Source: Alphaproteobacteria bacterium
GTDB lineage: Bacteria; Pseudomonadota; Alphaproteobacteria; UBA828
Assembly: GCA_965237415.1 (NCBI GenBank)
Contig: CBDEFM010000002.1
Span: 32,001-96,000 of the forward strand
Direction: 5' to 3'
Length of the DNA stretch: 64,000 nucleotides
A program made the translations under genes and the position numbers. A model generated the notes under the pieces. It was not told the DNA's origin, did no database searches, and was given only the letters and a program-made list of their open reading frames with translations. Positions 21,504 through 33,612 of the stretch are shown one piece after another (the stretch's first letter is position 1; each line of letters opens with the position of its first letter).

Positions 21504-23096
21504 CTATTCTTCGTCGAGCCAGAGGATAGAGAAGTCGTACCAGTTCTCCGGCGGGTTCACGAAGCCCTTCACGCTGGGGTGGAGCACCAGCGGGTTGTAA
21601 TAGACGAACTTCGGCGCATAGGCGAAGTCCTGGCCCATGATGATCTCGTTCGCCTGCCGATAGAGCGTCGCCGCCTTGGCCTCGTCCTTCTCGGCCAGCG
21701 CCTGGTTGAAGAGCGCATCGACCTCCGGGTTGCAGTACCAGCCGACATTGAAGCCGTTGGGCGGCTGCGAATCACAGCGCGACATGACCTGGGTCCAGTA
21801 CGGGACCGACCAGCCCCAGCCGACCTCGTTCATGTGCAGGCCTTCCGGCATCCCCTGGACCCACTTGCCGAGGTAGGTGATCCACTCGATCTTGTTGAGC
21901 TTGACGTCGATCCCGACCTTCTTGAGATCGCGCTGGATCCACTTCTCCCAGACCTCGTTGTAGCCGTACTCGTAGATGTCGAACTCGATGGCGAGCCCGT
22001 CACCGTGGCCGGCCTCGGCGAGCAGCGCTTTCGCGCCTTCGGGGTCGTAGGGTGCGGAGACGTAGCCGGGCTGGTAGGCGAAGGTGCCCGGCGAGAGCAT
22101 GCCGTATTCCGCCCGTCCGGTGTCCTTCAGAATCTCGCTGGCGATCCCCTCCCGGTCGATCGCCATGTTGATCGCCTTGCGGACCCGGACGTCCGACATG
22201 ATCGGGTCCTTGTGGTTGAAGAAGAGCAGCCAGATCGAGGGGATGTTCTCGTTGGTCGAGATCACGAAGCCCTCTTCCTCAAGTCCTTCGAGCTCGTCCC
22301 ACGGCGCCTCGTTGATCATGTGCACTTCGCCGGCGCGCATGGCGGAAAGCCGCGACGCCTGATCCGAGAGCGGGCGGAAGATCAGCGTGTCGATATTGGC
22401 CTTCTTGCCCCAGTAGTCGTCGAAGCGCTCCAGCACCACCTTGATGTTCTGCTCGCGCTCGACGAACTTGAACGCCCCGGTGCCGACCGGCGCGAGGGGG
22501 AAGCCGTCATTGCCCACCTTCTCGATCTGGGTGGGGCTGATGATCATCGGCATCCCGCAGGCCTGTACGCCGAACTGCAGCCATTCGTAGTTGGGCTGGG
22601 TCAGCGTGATGGTGACCTCCATGGGGCCGGTCACCTCGACCGATTTGATCCAGCGGGTGTAGTAGCCCATGAAGGCCGCGGCGGTGGCGTAGAACTGCGG
22701 CGCCTCCTTGTCGAAGAAGCGGTCGTAGTTCCATTTGACGACCTCGGCGTCCACGCCGGTGCCGTCGTGGAACCTCACGTTCTCCCTGATCTTGAAGGTG
22801 TAGACCGTGCCGTCCTCGGAGCGCACCCACGATTCCGCGACCGCGGGCTTGAGCTTCGCGCTCTTCGCCTCCGGGTCGGCCAGGTCGAGCATGACCAGCC
22901 CTTCGAACATGTTGTGAATGGCGTTCGTGGTGTACCAGCTGCAGGTGGCATGCGGGTCCAGGATGTTCATCTCGCTGGACATGCCCCACACGAAGGTACC
23001 GCCCTGGCGGGGCTCCTCGGCGCCTGCGGTGCCGGCGCCGGCGAGACTGCCGGCGATGATGGCCGCTCCCAGAAAACGAGCCAGTCTGTTGCTCAT
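21504..23096 (-). CDS. Peptide/nickel ABC substrate-binding protein (family 5)
   Basis: PAVAESW..YTFKIR..FHDG, PVGTGAFKF, VRKAINMAIDRE. Confidence 0.95.
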   Translation of the reverse strand: MSNRLARFLGAAIIAGSLAGAGTAGAEEPRQGGTFVWGMSSEMNILDPHATCSWYTTNAIHNMFEGLVMLDLADPEAKSAKLKPAVAESWVRSEDGTVYTFKIRENVRFHDGTGVDAEVVKWNYDRFFDKEAPQFYATAAAFMGYYTRWIKSVEVTGPMEVTITLTQPNYEWLQFGVQACGMPMIISPTQIEKVGNDGFPLAPVGTGAFKFVEREQNIKVVLERFDDYWGKKANIDTLIFRPLSDQASRLSAMRAGEVHMINEAPWDELEGLEEEGFVISTNENIPSIWLLFFNHKDPIMSDVRVRKAINMAIDREGIASEILKDTGRAEYGMLSPGTFAYQPGYVSAPYDPEGAKALLAEAGHGDGLAIEFDIYEYGYNEVWEKWIQRDLKKVGIDVKLNKIEWITYLGKWVQGMPEGLHMNEVGWGWSVPYWTQVMSRCDSQPPNGFNVGWYCNPEVDALFNQALAEKDEAKAATLYRQANEIIMGQDFAYAPKFVYYNPLVLHPSVKGFVNPPENWYDFSILWLDEE

Positions 23097-23247
23097 GAAT
23101 CGTTCCTCCCTGCGCTCGCCTGGTGGCTGCGATATCGGCAGCTTCTCGGCGCTCTTGTGGTTTGGGACGCGGGCGAGCACGGCATCCCGGCCTCTTCCGG
23201 AACGGTAGCGCCGAATCGGCGGGCCGGCAACCGGCGAGGCCAGGGCG

Positions 23248-24656
23248 TGTCGCTAGCACATGATGTGTCCGGTTTAGGTAGCACACGAGTTGTCCGGTTT
23301 GGTGTCTCCGTGGGGAGGGACCGCGATGAGCCGGACGACGTTGCTACAGGAACGCAGGATGCAGACGTTTCAGAATGTGCTGGGGCACTGGCAGGCACGA
23401 CGCCTGTCTGCGCTGGAGGCGGCGGAGATGCTGGGGATGAGCGAGCGGAGCTTCCGCCGCTACCGGCGCCGCTACGAGGACGATGGCCTCGACGGATTGT
23501 TCGACCGAAGGCTCGACAAGGCGTCCGCGCGCCGCGTGCCGGCCGACCGGATCGAATGGGTGCTCGAGCAGTACCGAACCCGCCATACGGGCTGGACGGT
23601 CAAGCACTTCCACGACCATCTCTGCGCCCACCATGGCTTCGCCTGGAGCTACACCTGGACCAAGACCACCTTGCAGCGCGCAGGCCTGGTGTCCAAGGCA
23701 CCCAGGCGCGGCGCCCACCGTCGCCGGCGCCCGCGCAAGCCCTGCGTCGGCATGATGCTCCATCAGGACGGCTCACGCCATGAGTGGCTGGCCGGCCAGG
23801 CGGCGTGCGACCTGATCGTCACCATGGACGACGCCACCTCAGAGATCTATTCGGCCTTCCTGGTCGAGGAGGAAGGCACCGCGTCCACCTTCCGGGCGCT
23901 GAAGCAGGTGTTCACCGACAAGGGGATGCCCAGCAGCCTCTACACCGACCGTGGCAGCCACTACTTCCACACCCCCGAAGCAGGCGGCAAGGTCGCCAAG
24001 GATCAACACACCCAGGTCGGCCGCGCCCTCCATCAGCTCGGCATCGAGCACATCGCTGCCTATTCGCCCGAGGCCCGCGGCCGCTCCGAGCGCGCCTTCG
24101 GCACCCTCCAGGACCGCCTCGTCAAGGAACTGGCGTTGGCGGGGATCGCGACGGTCGAAGCCGCCGACCGCTTCATCGCAGACACCTACCTGCCCGACCA
24201 CAATCGCCGCTTCGCCACCCCGCCCGAGCTCGACGACAGCGCCTTCGTGCCCCTCGTCCGCCCCGACCAGGTCGACGACATCCTCTGTCGCCGCACAGAG
24301 CGCACAGTCGCCCGCGACAACACCGTGCGCTACGAAAGGCGCGTCCTCCAGATCCCCGCCACCCCGGCCCGGCCCCACTACGTCAAGGCCACGGTCCGGG
24401 TGCACGAGTATCCGGACGGAACCCTCGCCCTCTTCCACGGGCCCCGATGCCTCGCCCGCTACAACGCCAACGGCGAGCCCGTCGAAACCCCAAACCCGGC
24501 AGGCCGCGTGAGACGCTTCGACGCGACCGGCCGGCGCCCTGTGGACAAGTGGACAGCCGCTCCGCGCCTGACCACTTGTCCACAGGGCAAACCGCAACAA
24601 CAGAAGCGGACATATGATGTGCTACGAAAACCGGACAAATACACTTGCTAGCGACA
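23248..24656 (+). mobile_element. Complete IS1202-family (formerly ISNCY) element, transposase 23326-24651
   Basis: TIR TGTCGCTAGCA / TGCTAGCGACA; 17-bp direct repeat CCGGCGAGGCCAGGGCG at 23231 and 24657. HQDGS, MDDAT, YTDRGS, GRSERAFGTLQDRL. Confidence 0.92.
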
Positions 24657-24661
24657 CCGGC

Positions 24662-24704
24662 GAGGCCAGGGCGTTTCCGTTCCACACGGAAACGCCCTGG
24701 CCTC
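24662..24704. terminator. Perfect stem-loop between pcp and the SBP gene
   Basis: GAGGCCAGGGCGTTTCCGT-TCCAC-ACGGAAACGCCCTGGCCTC. Confidence 0.7.
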
Positions 24705-24832
24705 ATTGTCGCTCACGGCGACCGGCCTCCGGCCGGCGCCTCTTCGTCGCGCGTTCGCGCGCGCGATGGGCGCCGCAGGAGCGGCGGGCCGCTCTCGCGG
24801 CCTGTCGCGGGTCCGACAAAATCGGACTCGGG

Positions 24833-25495
24833 CTAGTAGCCCTTGGGCGGGGCCTCGATGTCGGTGTCCTGCCCCGCTGCGGTGACGATGGCGGCGTCCA
24901 CCGCGTCGGCCATCAGGTCGAGGCTCATCGACGGGTATTCGTGCTCGGGATAGGAGGCCTGGGCGACATAGCCGGGGCTGCAGGGCACATGGATGAAGCC
25001 CGTGCGCGTCGGCAGCGCCTTCTCGTGCACGAGGTGGAGCGCCGTGTACATGATCTGGTTGCAGAGGTAGGTGGAGGCCGTGTTCGAGACCTTCGCCGGA
25101 ACCCCGCGCTCGTTCATCGCCGCGACGATGGCCTTGACCGGCAGCGTCGCGCGGTAGGCGAAGGGGCCGTCCTGGAACACCGGCTCGTCCACCGGCTGGG
25201 CGTCCACGTTGTCCGGCACCGGAAAGTCCTTGACGTTGGCGGCCGTCCGCTCGACCGCGACGACCGTGCTGCCCGGAAAGAGCCCGAGGCTGATCCAGAT
25301 GTCCGGCCGGTGCGTGTCGAGAGCTTCGTCCACCAATGACGCAATGCGCGTGCTGTCCACCGGCACGCGGAGCGTGATCAGCTCGATATCGGCAAAATTC
25401 TGCTCCCGCGCGCGGTCGAGCAGGTCGAGGGTCGGGTTCTCGCTTGCGTGCGACCAAGGCTCGTAGCCGGTCAACACCACACGTTTCGCCGTCAT
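24833..25495 (-). CDS. pcp: Pyroglutamyl-peptidase I (C15)
   Basis: VVLTGYEPW..ENP, VERTAAN (Glu), ASTYLCN (Cys), GFIHVP (His). Confidence 0.93.
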   Translation of the reverse strand: MTAKRVVLTGYEPWSHASENPTLDLLDRAREQNFADIELITLRVPVDSTRIASLVDEALDTHRPDIWISLGLFPGSTVVAVERTAANVKDFPVPDNVDAQPVDEPVFQDGPFAYRATLPVKAIVAAMNERGVPAKVSNTASTYLCNQIMYTALHLVHEKALPTRTGFIHVPCSPGYVAQASYPEHEYPSMSLDLMADAVDAAIVTAAGQDTDIEAPPKGY

Positions 25496-25661
25496 GGAAC
25501 AGTCTCCCCGGAGCTGAGATCGCCGCAGGCTCGCCCGGATCGGCCTTCGGCGCAACCGCACCACGATGCGGGTGCGCCGGCCGAGAAATTGGTCTTAGCT
25601 GGGGCGCCCTTGCAGATATGCTCGGCCGCACGAGCCGGACAGTCGACAACGGGAGGAGACG

Positions 25662-27098
25662 ATGGCATCCGATGATCTCTGCTACCTGACCGCAACCGAG
25701 GCGATCGAGGGCTTTCGCGCGCAAACGCTCTCGCCGGTGGAACTCATGTCGGCGGTCATCGCCCGCTCCGAGGCGGTGAACCCCAAGGTCAACGCCTACA
25801 CCTACACCTTCTACGAGCGTGCGCTGGAGCAGGCGCGGGCGGCGGAGCGGATTTACGCATCGGGCGGCGAGACGCGCCCCCTGGAAGGCGTGCCGGTCGT
25901 CATCAAGGACTTCCACGCCGTCAAGGGCGAGATCACCACCTTCGGCTCACGGGTCTTCGCCGACCATGTGCCGGAGTTCTCGGCGCCGACGGTGGAGCGC
26001 CTGCTCGACGCAGGCGCGATCATGCACGCGCGGACCACCTCGCCGGAGATGGCCCATGCGCCGCATTCCACCAGCTTGCTGTGGGGAGCGACGCGCAATC
26101 CGTGGAACCTGGACTACGGCCCTGGCGGCTCGTCGGGCGGCGCGGGTGCCGCGATCGCGTCCGGCATGACCACGCTGGCCGACGGCACCGACGGCGGCGG
26201 CTCGATCCGCATCCCGGCGGGCTCGTGCGGAATCTTCGGCTACAAGGCGCCCTTCGGCCGCAACCCGACGGATCGCGACCATCCGCGCGAATCCCTCTTG
26301 CACTACGGTCCCATGACTCGCAGCGTCGCCGACGCCGCGCTGATGCAGAACGTGATGGCGGGTCCCCACCCCGACGATATGTGCTCGCTCCGGCCGAAAC
26401 TCGAGATTCCGGAGACGCTGGAGCCGATCAAGGGGTGGAAGGTCGCGTTCTCGATGGATCTCGGCTACTTCGAGGTGGACGAGGAGGTGCAGAAGAACAC
26501 GCGCGACGCGATCCAGACCTTCCGGGACCTCGGCTGCACGGTCGAAGAGGTGGATGTCGGCTGGAGCACGGAGGTGCTCGACGCCTGGACCGTGATCTGG
26601 GAAGGGCTGTTCTGGGCCACGGTGGGCCCCGACTATCCGCGCTGGAAGTACAAGCTCGAGGGCTTCGTGCGCGGCATCCTGGAACGCGGCGCCCAGCACA
26701 GCCTTTCGCGCTTCTACCGGACCAACGCCGTGCGCGGCGAGATGTACCGCACCCTTGCCCCCATCCTGGAGGCGCACGACATCCTCGTCTGCCCCACCAA
26801 CGGCCTGCCGGCACTGCCGATCGACCACGATCTGAGCGACACCAGCTTCCGCATCAACGGCAAGACGCTCACGACCTCAAACCACCCCGGCGACATCTAC
26901 GTGCAGTGGCAGCTCAACTATCCCTTCAACCTGGTGCCCGAATGCCCGGTGGCCAGCATCCCGAGCGGCTTCGCGTCCAACGGCGTGCCCACCGGGATTC
27001 AGATCGTCGGCCGCACCTATGACGACGTCTCGGTGTTCCGCGCCGCCGCCGACTACGAGCGCGCCCGGCCATGGGCCCACCACAGGCCGCCGGTGTGA
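25662..27098 (+). CDS. Amidase-signature family amidase
   Basis: PLEGVPVVIKD, PGGSSGG, DGGGSIRIPA. Confidence 0.95.
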   Translation: MASDDLCYLTATEAIEGFRAQTLSPVELMSAVIARSEAVNPKVNAYTYTFYERALEQARAAERIYASGGETRPLEGVPVVIKDFHAVKGEITTFGSRVFADHVPEFSAPTVERLLDAGAIMHARTTSPEMAHAPHSTSLLWGATRNPWNLDYGPGGSSGGAGAAIASGMTTLADGTDGGGSIRIPAGSCGIFGYKAPFGRNPTDRDHPRESLLHYGPMTRSVADAALMQNVMAGPHPDDMCSLRPKLEIPETLEPIKGWKVAFSMDLGYFEVDEEVQKNTRDAIQTFRDLGCTVEEVDVGWSTEVLDAWTVIWEGLFWATVGPDYPRWKYKLEGFVRGILERGAQHSLSRFYRTNAVRGEMYRTLAPILEAHDILVCPTNGLPALPIDHDLSDTSFRINGKTLTTSNHPGDIYVQWQLNYPFNLVPECPVASIPSGFASNGVPTGIQIVGRTYDDVSVFRAAADYERARPWAHHRPPV

Positions 27099-27243
27099 GC
27101 GAGACGGGCCGGCAGGCGGAGGCGGGACGGAAATCGCCATTTGGCCAGCGTGTCCCAAGGTTGTACGCTGCGGACCCAGGCGCGGGCGGAGGCGGCCAGC
27201 GAGGCGGTTTGGCGCGCGCGCAAGCGAGTGAGGGAGAACGCAC

Positions 27244-28842
27244 ATGCTTCGATCGTTGCGAACGGTGGCCATGGCAGGCGCCGTCACCGTGGCCGGCGCC
27301 GCTTTGGCGTTGGGCGCATTCGACACGAAATCCGCCAAGGCCGAGGGCGGCACGCTGGTCTGGTCGATCCCGGCGGCGATGAGCCTCTTCGATCCGCCGC
27401 AGTCCTGCGGCTGGCTCACAAAGAACGCCACCCACATGATCTTCGACGGCCTGGTCGAGCTGGAGCTCGGCAAGCCGGAGGAGGGATGGTCGACGCTCAG
27501 GCCGGCGCTCGCCGAGTCCTGGACCGTCTCCGACGACGGCATGACCTATACCTTCAACCTGCGCAAGGGCGTCAAGTTCCACGACGGCTCGCCCTTCAAC
27601 GCCGAGGTGGCGAAGTGGAACTACGACCGCTTCGCCGATCCGGACGCGCCGCAGTACAGCAAGGTCGGCGCCGCCTTTCTGAGCTTCTACGCCCGCTGGA
27701 TCGAGTCCACCCGCGTGGTCGACGAGAATACCTTCGAGGTGGTCCTCACCCAGCCGCACTATGAGTGGCTGCAGATCGGCCAGTCCTCCTGCGGGCAGCC
27801 GGAGATGATCAGCCCGGTCGCCTGGGAAAAGTACGGCGACCAGGACATCGCGCTCAATCCGGTGGGCACCGGGCCCTTCAAGTTCGTCGAGCGCGAGATC
27901 GACGTGATGGTCGTGCTCGAGCGCAACGACGACTATTACGGCGAGCCGGCGAAGCTCGACCGCATGATCTACCGGCAGATCACCGATCCCGCGACGCGCA
28001 TCGCGGCGCTCAGGGCCGGTGAGATCAACATGGTCACGGAGCCGACCTGGGACGAGATCGAGAACCTGGTGGACGAGGGCTTCCAGCTCCTGCTGCAGCC
28101 CAACGTGCCCTCGGTCTGGTACGCCGCGTTCAACATGAAGCACGAGGCGCTTCAGGATGTCCGCGTGCGCCGGGCGATCAACATGGCGGTCGACCGGGAA
28201 GGCGTTGCGCGCGAGGTGTTGAGGGGCACCGGCAAGGCCGAGCACGGCATGCTCTCCGCCGGCACTTTCGCCTACGATCCCAACTACGCGCCCTATCCCT
28301 TCGACCCCGAGGGCGCGAAGGCGCTGCTCGCCGAGGCCGGCTACGGGGACGGCTTGGAGCTCACCTTCGAGATCTTCGACTACGGCTGGAACGAGGCCTG
28401 GGAGAAGTGGCTCCAGCGCGACCTCAAGAAGGTTGGCATCGACCTCAAGCTGGAAAAGCTGGAGTGGATGACCTACCTCGGCAAGTGGCTCCAGGGCATG
28501 CCCGAGGGCGTGGCGATGAACAGCATGGGCTGGGGCTGGTCGGTTCCCTACTGGACCGCCCATGCCACGCGCTGCGACCATCACCCGCCGAACGGCATCA
28601 ACGGCGGCTGGTACTGCAACGAGAAGGTCGATGCGCTCTATCAGCAGGCGATCCAGACCGAGGATCAGGCTGAGGCCACGAGGCTCTATCGCGAGGCCAA
28701 CCGCATCATCATGGAGGAAGACGTGGCCTTCCTGCCGGTGTTCAGCTACCACAATCCGATCCTGCTGGCGCCCGACGTGAAGGGCTTCGTCAACGGTCAG
28801 GAGAACTGGTACGACTTCACCCTGCCCTATATCGAGGAGTAG
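27244..28842 (+). CDS. Peptide/nickel ABC substrate-binding protein, paralog of 21504-23096
   Basis: PALAESW..FHDG, PVGTGPFKF; long shared stretches with the first SBP. Confidence 0.95.
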   Translation: MLRSLRTVAMAGAVTVAGAALALGAFDTKSAKAEGGTLVWSIPAAMSLFDPPQSCGWLTKNATHMIFDGLVELELGKPEEGWSTLRPALAESWTVSDDGMTYTFNLRKGVKFHDGSPFNAEVAKWNYDRFADPDAPQYSKVGAAFLSFYARWIESTRVVDENTFEVVLTQPHYEWLQIGQSSCGQPEMISPVAWEKYGDQDIALNPVGTGPFKFVEREIDVMVVLERNDDYYGEPAKLDRMIYRQITDPATRIAALRAGEINMVTEPTWDEIENLVDEGFQLLLQPNVPSVWYAAFNMKHEALQDVRVRRAINMAVDREGVAREVLRGTGKAEHGMLSAGTFAYDPNYAPYPFDPEGAKALLAEAGYGDGLELTFEIFDYGWNEAWEKWLQRDLKKVGIDLKLEKLEWMTYLGKWLQGMPEGVAMNSMGWGWSVPYWTAHATRCDHHPPNGINGGWYCNEKVDALYQQAIQTEDQAEATRLYREANRIIMEEDVAFLPVFSYHNPILLAPDVKGFVNGQENWYDFTLPYIEE

Positions 28843-28979
28843 GGAGTACCGGACTCAGCTGGTGAGGCCGCCGGGCAGGGCGCCCGGCGGCCGGCCGCAT
28901 AGGGCATGGGGATGGGCCGCGATGCGCGCGAGCCCGTCCCCGTGACCGTTCCCACGCTACCTGAGGCTGCCACCGACCC

Positions 28980-29948
28980 ATGACGCGATTCATCGTCATG
29001 CGCCTCCTGACGATCATCCCGATCATGTTCGGGGTGTCGTTCTTCGTCTTCATTCTCGCCCATCTCGCGCCCGGCGACGTCACCACGACCCTCACGGGCC
29101 CCTACGCAACCGAGGAGGTGCGCGAGCAGCTCCGCGAATCCCTCGGGCTGAACGAGCCGCTGCCGATCCAGTACGGCAAGTGGCTCAGCCACATTCTCCA
29201 GGGCGACTTCGGCAAGTCGATCGCCAACCGGCGCATGGTCGCCGAGCTGATCTTCCCGAAGTTCGCCAACTCCGCGATTCTGGCGTTGACCAGCGCGGCG
29301 CTCGCCTACGTCATCGGGCTCTTCGCCGGTATCTTCGCGGCCTCCAGGCCCTACGGCCTCTTCGACCGATTTACGATCGCCGGAACACTGATGTTCGGCA
29401 GCATCCCGCCCTACTGGTTCGGGCTGCTTCTCGTTCTGCTCTTCTCGTTGACCTGGCGCTGGCTGCCGGCAACGGGCATGACCAAGATCATCGGCGGCGG
29501 CGGGCCGATCGACGTGATTCTCCATCTGATTCTGCCGACAATCGCCGCGGGCGCGGCGCCGGCGGCAATCATCGCCCGCACCGTGCGCGCGACCATGCTC
29601 GAGATCCTGAGTCAGAACTACATCAAGGTCGCCCGTGCCAAGGGCATCCGGCGCAGCGTGATCCTGCGTAAGCATGCGCTGCGCAACGCGCTGCCTCCCA
29701 TTGCGACGATCTGCGGCCTGCAGCTCGGCTATCTGCTGGGCGGCGTGCTCTTCGTCGAGGTGATCTTCGCCTGGCCCGGCATCGGCTATCAGCTCTGGCA
29801 GGCAATCCAGGCGCGCGACATCCCGACCATCCAGGGCGCCTCGCTGATCGTCGGCGTCACTTTCGTCCTGGTGAACCTCGCGGTCGACGTGTTCAACGCC
29901 TACACCGACCCCAAGATCCGCATTTCCGAGGGAGTGCGCGCGCGATGA
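28980..29948 (+). CDS. Peptide ABC permease (DppB-like)
   Basis: GDFGKS, YIKVARAKG, HALRNAL, FAWPGIG. Confidence 0.95.
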   Translation: MTRFIVMRLLTIIPIMFGVSFFVFILAHLAPGDVTTTLTGPYATEEVREQLRESLGLNEPLPIQYGKWLSHILQGDFGKSIANRRMVAELIFPKFANSAILALTSAALAYVIGLFAGIFAASRPYGLFDRFTIAGTLMFGSIPPYWFGLLLVLLFSLTWRWLPATGMTKIIGGGGPIDVILHLILPTIAAGAAPAAIIARTVRATMLEILSQNYIKVARAKGIRRSVILRKHALRNALPPIATICGLQLGYLLGGVLFVEVIFAWPGIGYQLWQAIQARDIPTIQGASLIVGVTFVLVNLAVDVFNAYTDPKIRISEGVRAR

Positions 29949-30871
29949 CCGACGCGCCGGGTCTTCACAGCGAATCGATGCGCCGGCGCTCCGCGGCCGA
30001 GCTGCGGCGCGAGAACCTCCACATCATGGTCCGCACCCTCACGCTCGCCTGGCATGCCTATGCCAAGGACAAGGCGGCGGTTGGGGCGCTGATCTTCATG
30101 GTGATCGTGGTTCTGCTCTCCATCCTCGCGCCCTGGATCAGCCCCTACGACCCCACCGACGCGGTCGGCACCCGCGGCGGCCTGCCCGGGACCGACGGCC
30201 TCATCCTCGGCGGCGACATGGACGGCCGCGACATGCTCTCACGCCTCCTCTGGGGCGGCCGGGTGGCGCTGCTCATCGGCGTGGTGCCGACCGTCGCCGC
30301 CACCTTCGTGGCCGTGGTGCTGGGCCTGCTCGCGGGCTACATCGGCGGCTGGCTGGACCAGGTGGTGATGCGCGTCCTCGATGTCTTCTTCGCCTTTCCG
30401 CTGGTTCTGCTCGCCATCGTCATCGCCGGCATTCTCGACCCCGGCGTCGGCACGCTGATCCTCTCCATCGCCGTGGCGCTGGTGCCCTACATCGCGAGGC
30501 TGGTGCGAACGACCACGGTCTCGGTCAAGCAGGAGCCCTATATTGAGGCCGCGCGCGCCGGCGGCGCCACGACTCCGGCCATCCTCGCCCGCTACGTCCT
30601 GCCCAACATGCTGGCACCGGTCATCGTCTATTCGACGACGCTGATCGGCCTGATGATGGTGGTGGGCTCCGGCCTCTCCTTCCTCGGCCTCGGCATCCAG
30701 CCGCCGGACGCCGACTGGGGCACGATGGTCTCCGACGGCCGCGCGGTGCTGAAGAAGGCGCCGCATGCGACTGCCTTCCCCGGCTTCATCATCGTCATCG
30801 TCTCACTCGCTTTCTCCTTCATCGGCGACGGCCTGCGCGATGCGCTCGACCCGCGCGCCAGGGTGCGTTGA
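29945..30871 (+). CDS. Peptide ABC permease (DppC-like)
   Basis: DGRDMLSRLLWG, YIEAARA, LSFLGLG, GDGLRDALDP. Confidence 0.95.
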   Translation: MTDAPGLHSESMRRRSAAELRRENLHIMVRTLTLAWHAYAKDKAAVGALIFMVIVVLLSILAPWISPYDPTDAVGTRGGLPGTDGLILGGDMDGRDMLSRLLWGGRVALLIGVVPTVAATFVAVVLGLLAGYIGGWLDQVVMRVLDVFFAFPLVLLAIVIAGILDPGVGTLILSIAVALVPYIARLVRTTTVSVKQEPYIEAARAGGATTPAILARYVLPNMLAPVIVYSTTLIGLMMVVGSGLSFLGLGIQPPDADWGTMVSDGRAVLKKAPHATAFPGFIIVIVSLAFSFIGDGLRDALDPRARVR

Positions 30872-30881
30872 GGAGGGTGTC

Positions 30882-31885
<1,004 letters not shown>

Positions 31886-31889
<4 letters not shown>

Positions 31890-32869
31890 GCAGTGTCACG
31901 AAGGGCCCGCTGCTCTCCGTCGAGGGTCTGGTCAAGTACTTCAAGCTCGACCCCAAGGGCCTCTTCGAGGCGCCGCCGATCCTGCGCGCGGTCGACGGCG
32001 TCGATTTCGACGTGAAGCGGGGGGAAACCCTCGGGCTGGTGGGCGAATCGGGCTGCGGCAAGTCGACGACGGCGCGGCTGGTCCTGCGGCTGATCGAGCC
32101 GACCGCAGGCTCGGTCACCCTCGACGGCGTTGACGTGCTGGCGTGCACCAAGAAGGAGCTGCTCGCGCTCAGGCGCGAGATGCAGATCGTCTTTCAGGAT
32201 CCGCTCAGCTCGCTCAACCCGCGCATGTCGGTCGGCAACCAGATCGCCGAGCCGCTGCGCTTCCACGGCATCGGCGACAAGGTGGACCGCTTCGACCGGG
32301 CGCGGGAGTTCCTCGAGGTCGTGGGCCTCAGCACCGATTATTACGACCGGCTGCCCCACGAGTTCTCCGGCGGGCAGAACCAGCGCGTCGCCATCGCCCG
32401 CGCCCTGATCCTGCAGCCCAAGCTGCTCATCCTCGACGAGCCGGTCTCGGCCCTCGATGTCTCGATCCGCGCCCAGATCCTCAGGCTCCTGATCGACCTG
32501 CAGGGACGCTTCGAGCTCACCTACGTCTTCATCTCCCACGACCTCTCGGTGGTGAAGCGCTTCTGCAACCGCACCGCCGTGCTCTATCTCGGCCGCATCG
32601 TGGAGATCGCGGAGAGCGAGAGCCTCTACCACGAGCCGCTCCACCCCTATTCCCAGGCGCTCATCAGCGCCATCCCCGAGGCCAATCCCGACGGGCCCAG
32701 GGCCGAGTCTCTCGGCGGGCTGGAAGGCGATGTGCCGAGCCCGATCAGCCCGCCCTCGGGCTGTGCCTTCCACACGCGCTGCCCCCATCGGATGCCCGTC
32801 TGCTCGGAGCAGAAGCCCGAGCTCAAGGAGGTGCGCGACGGCCACAAGGTCGCCTGCTTCCTCCACTAG
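31886..32869 (+). CDS. Peptide ABC ATP-binding protein (DppF-like)
   Basis: GESGCGKST, FSGGQNQR, PPSGCAFHTRCP. Confidence 0.95.
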
Positions 32870-33154
32870 AGCGCGCGTCCACCTTCCCTGTCCCTCTCCC
32901 CACTTATTTGTATCCCTCAGGCGTGGCATAGCCAGTCATGCCAGCCTGATGTGACCCCATAACCTACTGTAAGAACGATAACATTTCACTCTCGATGCAG
33001 CGTGGCGCGAGAGTGTCTTCGTAGCGCCCGTAAGCATATCGCTAGCGGATTCATTATAACTGCTGCGTATCAAACCGCGCAGGTGTCATATGATTGCGAC
33101 ACCACCGCGCGAGAGGCGCCCCCGTCCAAGCTGCGCTGGAAGCTGGAAGCGGTG

Positions 33155-33275
33155 GCGCATTGAGCGCCTACGCTGGAACGATGCGGCAACCGGCATCATG
33201 CGCCATGCCGATACAGCCTACGAGGACGCAGTCGATTGTGCCCCGTGGAACGGCCTTCGGCCACCAGCAACCCTC
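33155..33275 (+). pseudogene. hutU: Degenerate urocanate hydratase C-terminal fragment
   Basis: [29 protein letters not shown] resembles the HutU C-terminal motif WNDPATGVMRHADAGY. Confidence 0.7.
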
Positions 33276-33329
33276 GACACCAGAAATCCTGGCTGCACTG
33301 GCGTATCCGGTTGAGTCGATGCACCGGGC

Positions 33330-33612
33330 GCGGGTAGAGCTCATGACCGCCTTCAACCAGCTACACAGGCAGCGTTAGAGAAGAAGATCGACGAGATCGT
33401 TACAGCTATCCATGAGACCGGCTTCAGCCGCGCTCTTACGGACCGGCTGCACAAGTTCGAGGCCGGCACTAAGAACTGCAACAACGTCTTGCAGCCGTTC
33501 CCCCCAAGATCTCAGACATCCATCCGAATATCGCCGGCATTTACGCCCGGAAGGTCGCATGCCTCGCGGAAGCGTTTGAAAAGCCCGATGAACGGGACGC
33601 GGCTGCGTCAGC
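33330..33612 (+). pseudogene. Serine recombinase-like C-terminal remnant
   Basis: SDIHPNIAGIYARKVACLAEAFEKPDERDAAA. Confidence 0.5.

Noticed and set aside
21579-23783. Long antisense or alternative-frame ORFs (also 486-2309, 26926-28752, 38821-40287, 44586-46580)
   Set aside because: Shadows of real genes caused by high-GC codon bias; no recognisable motifs of their own.
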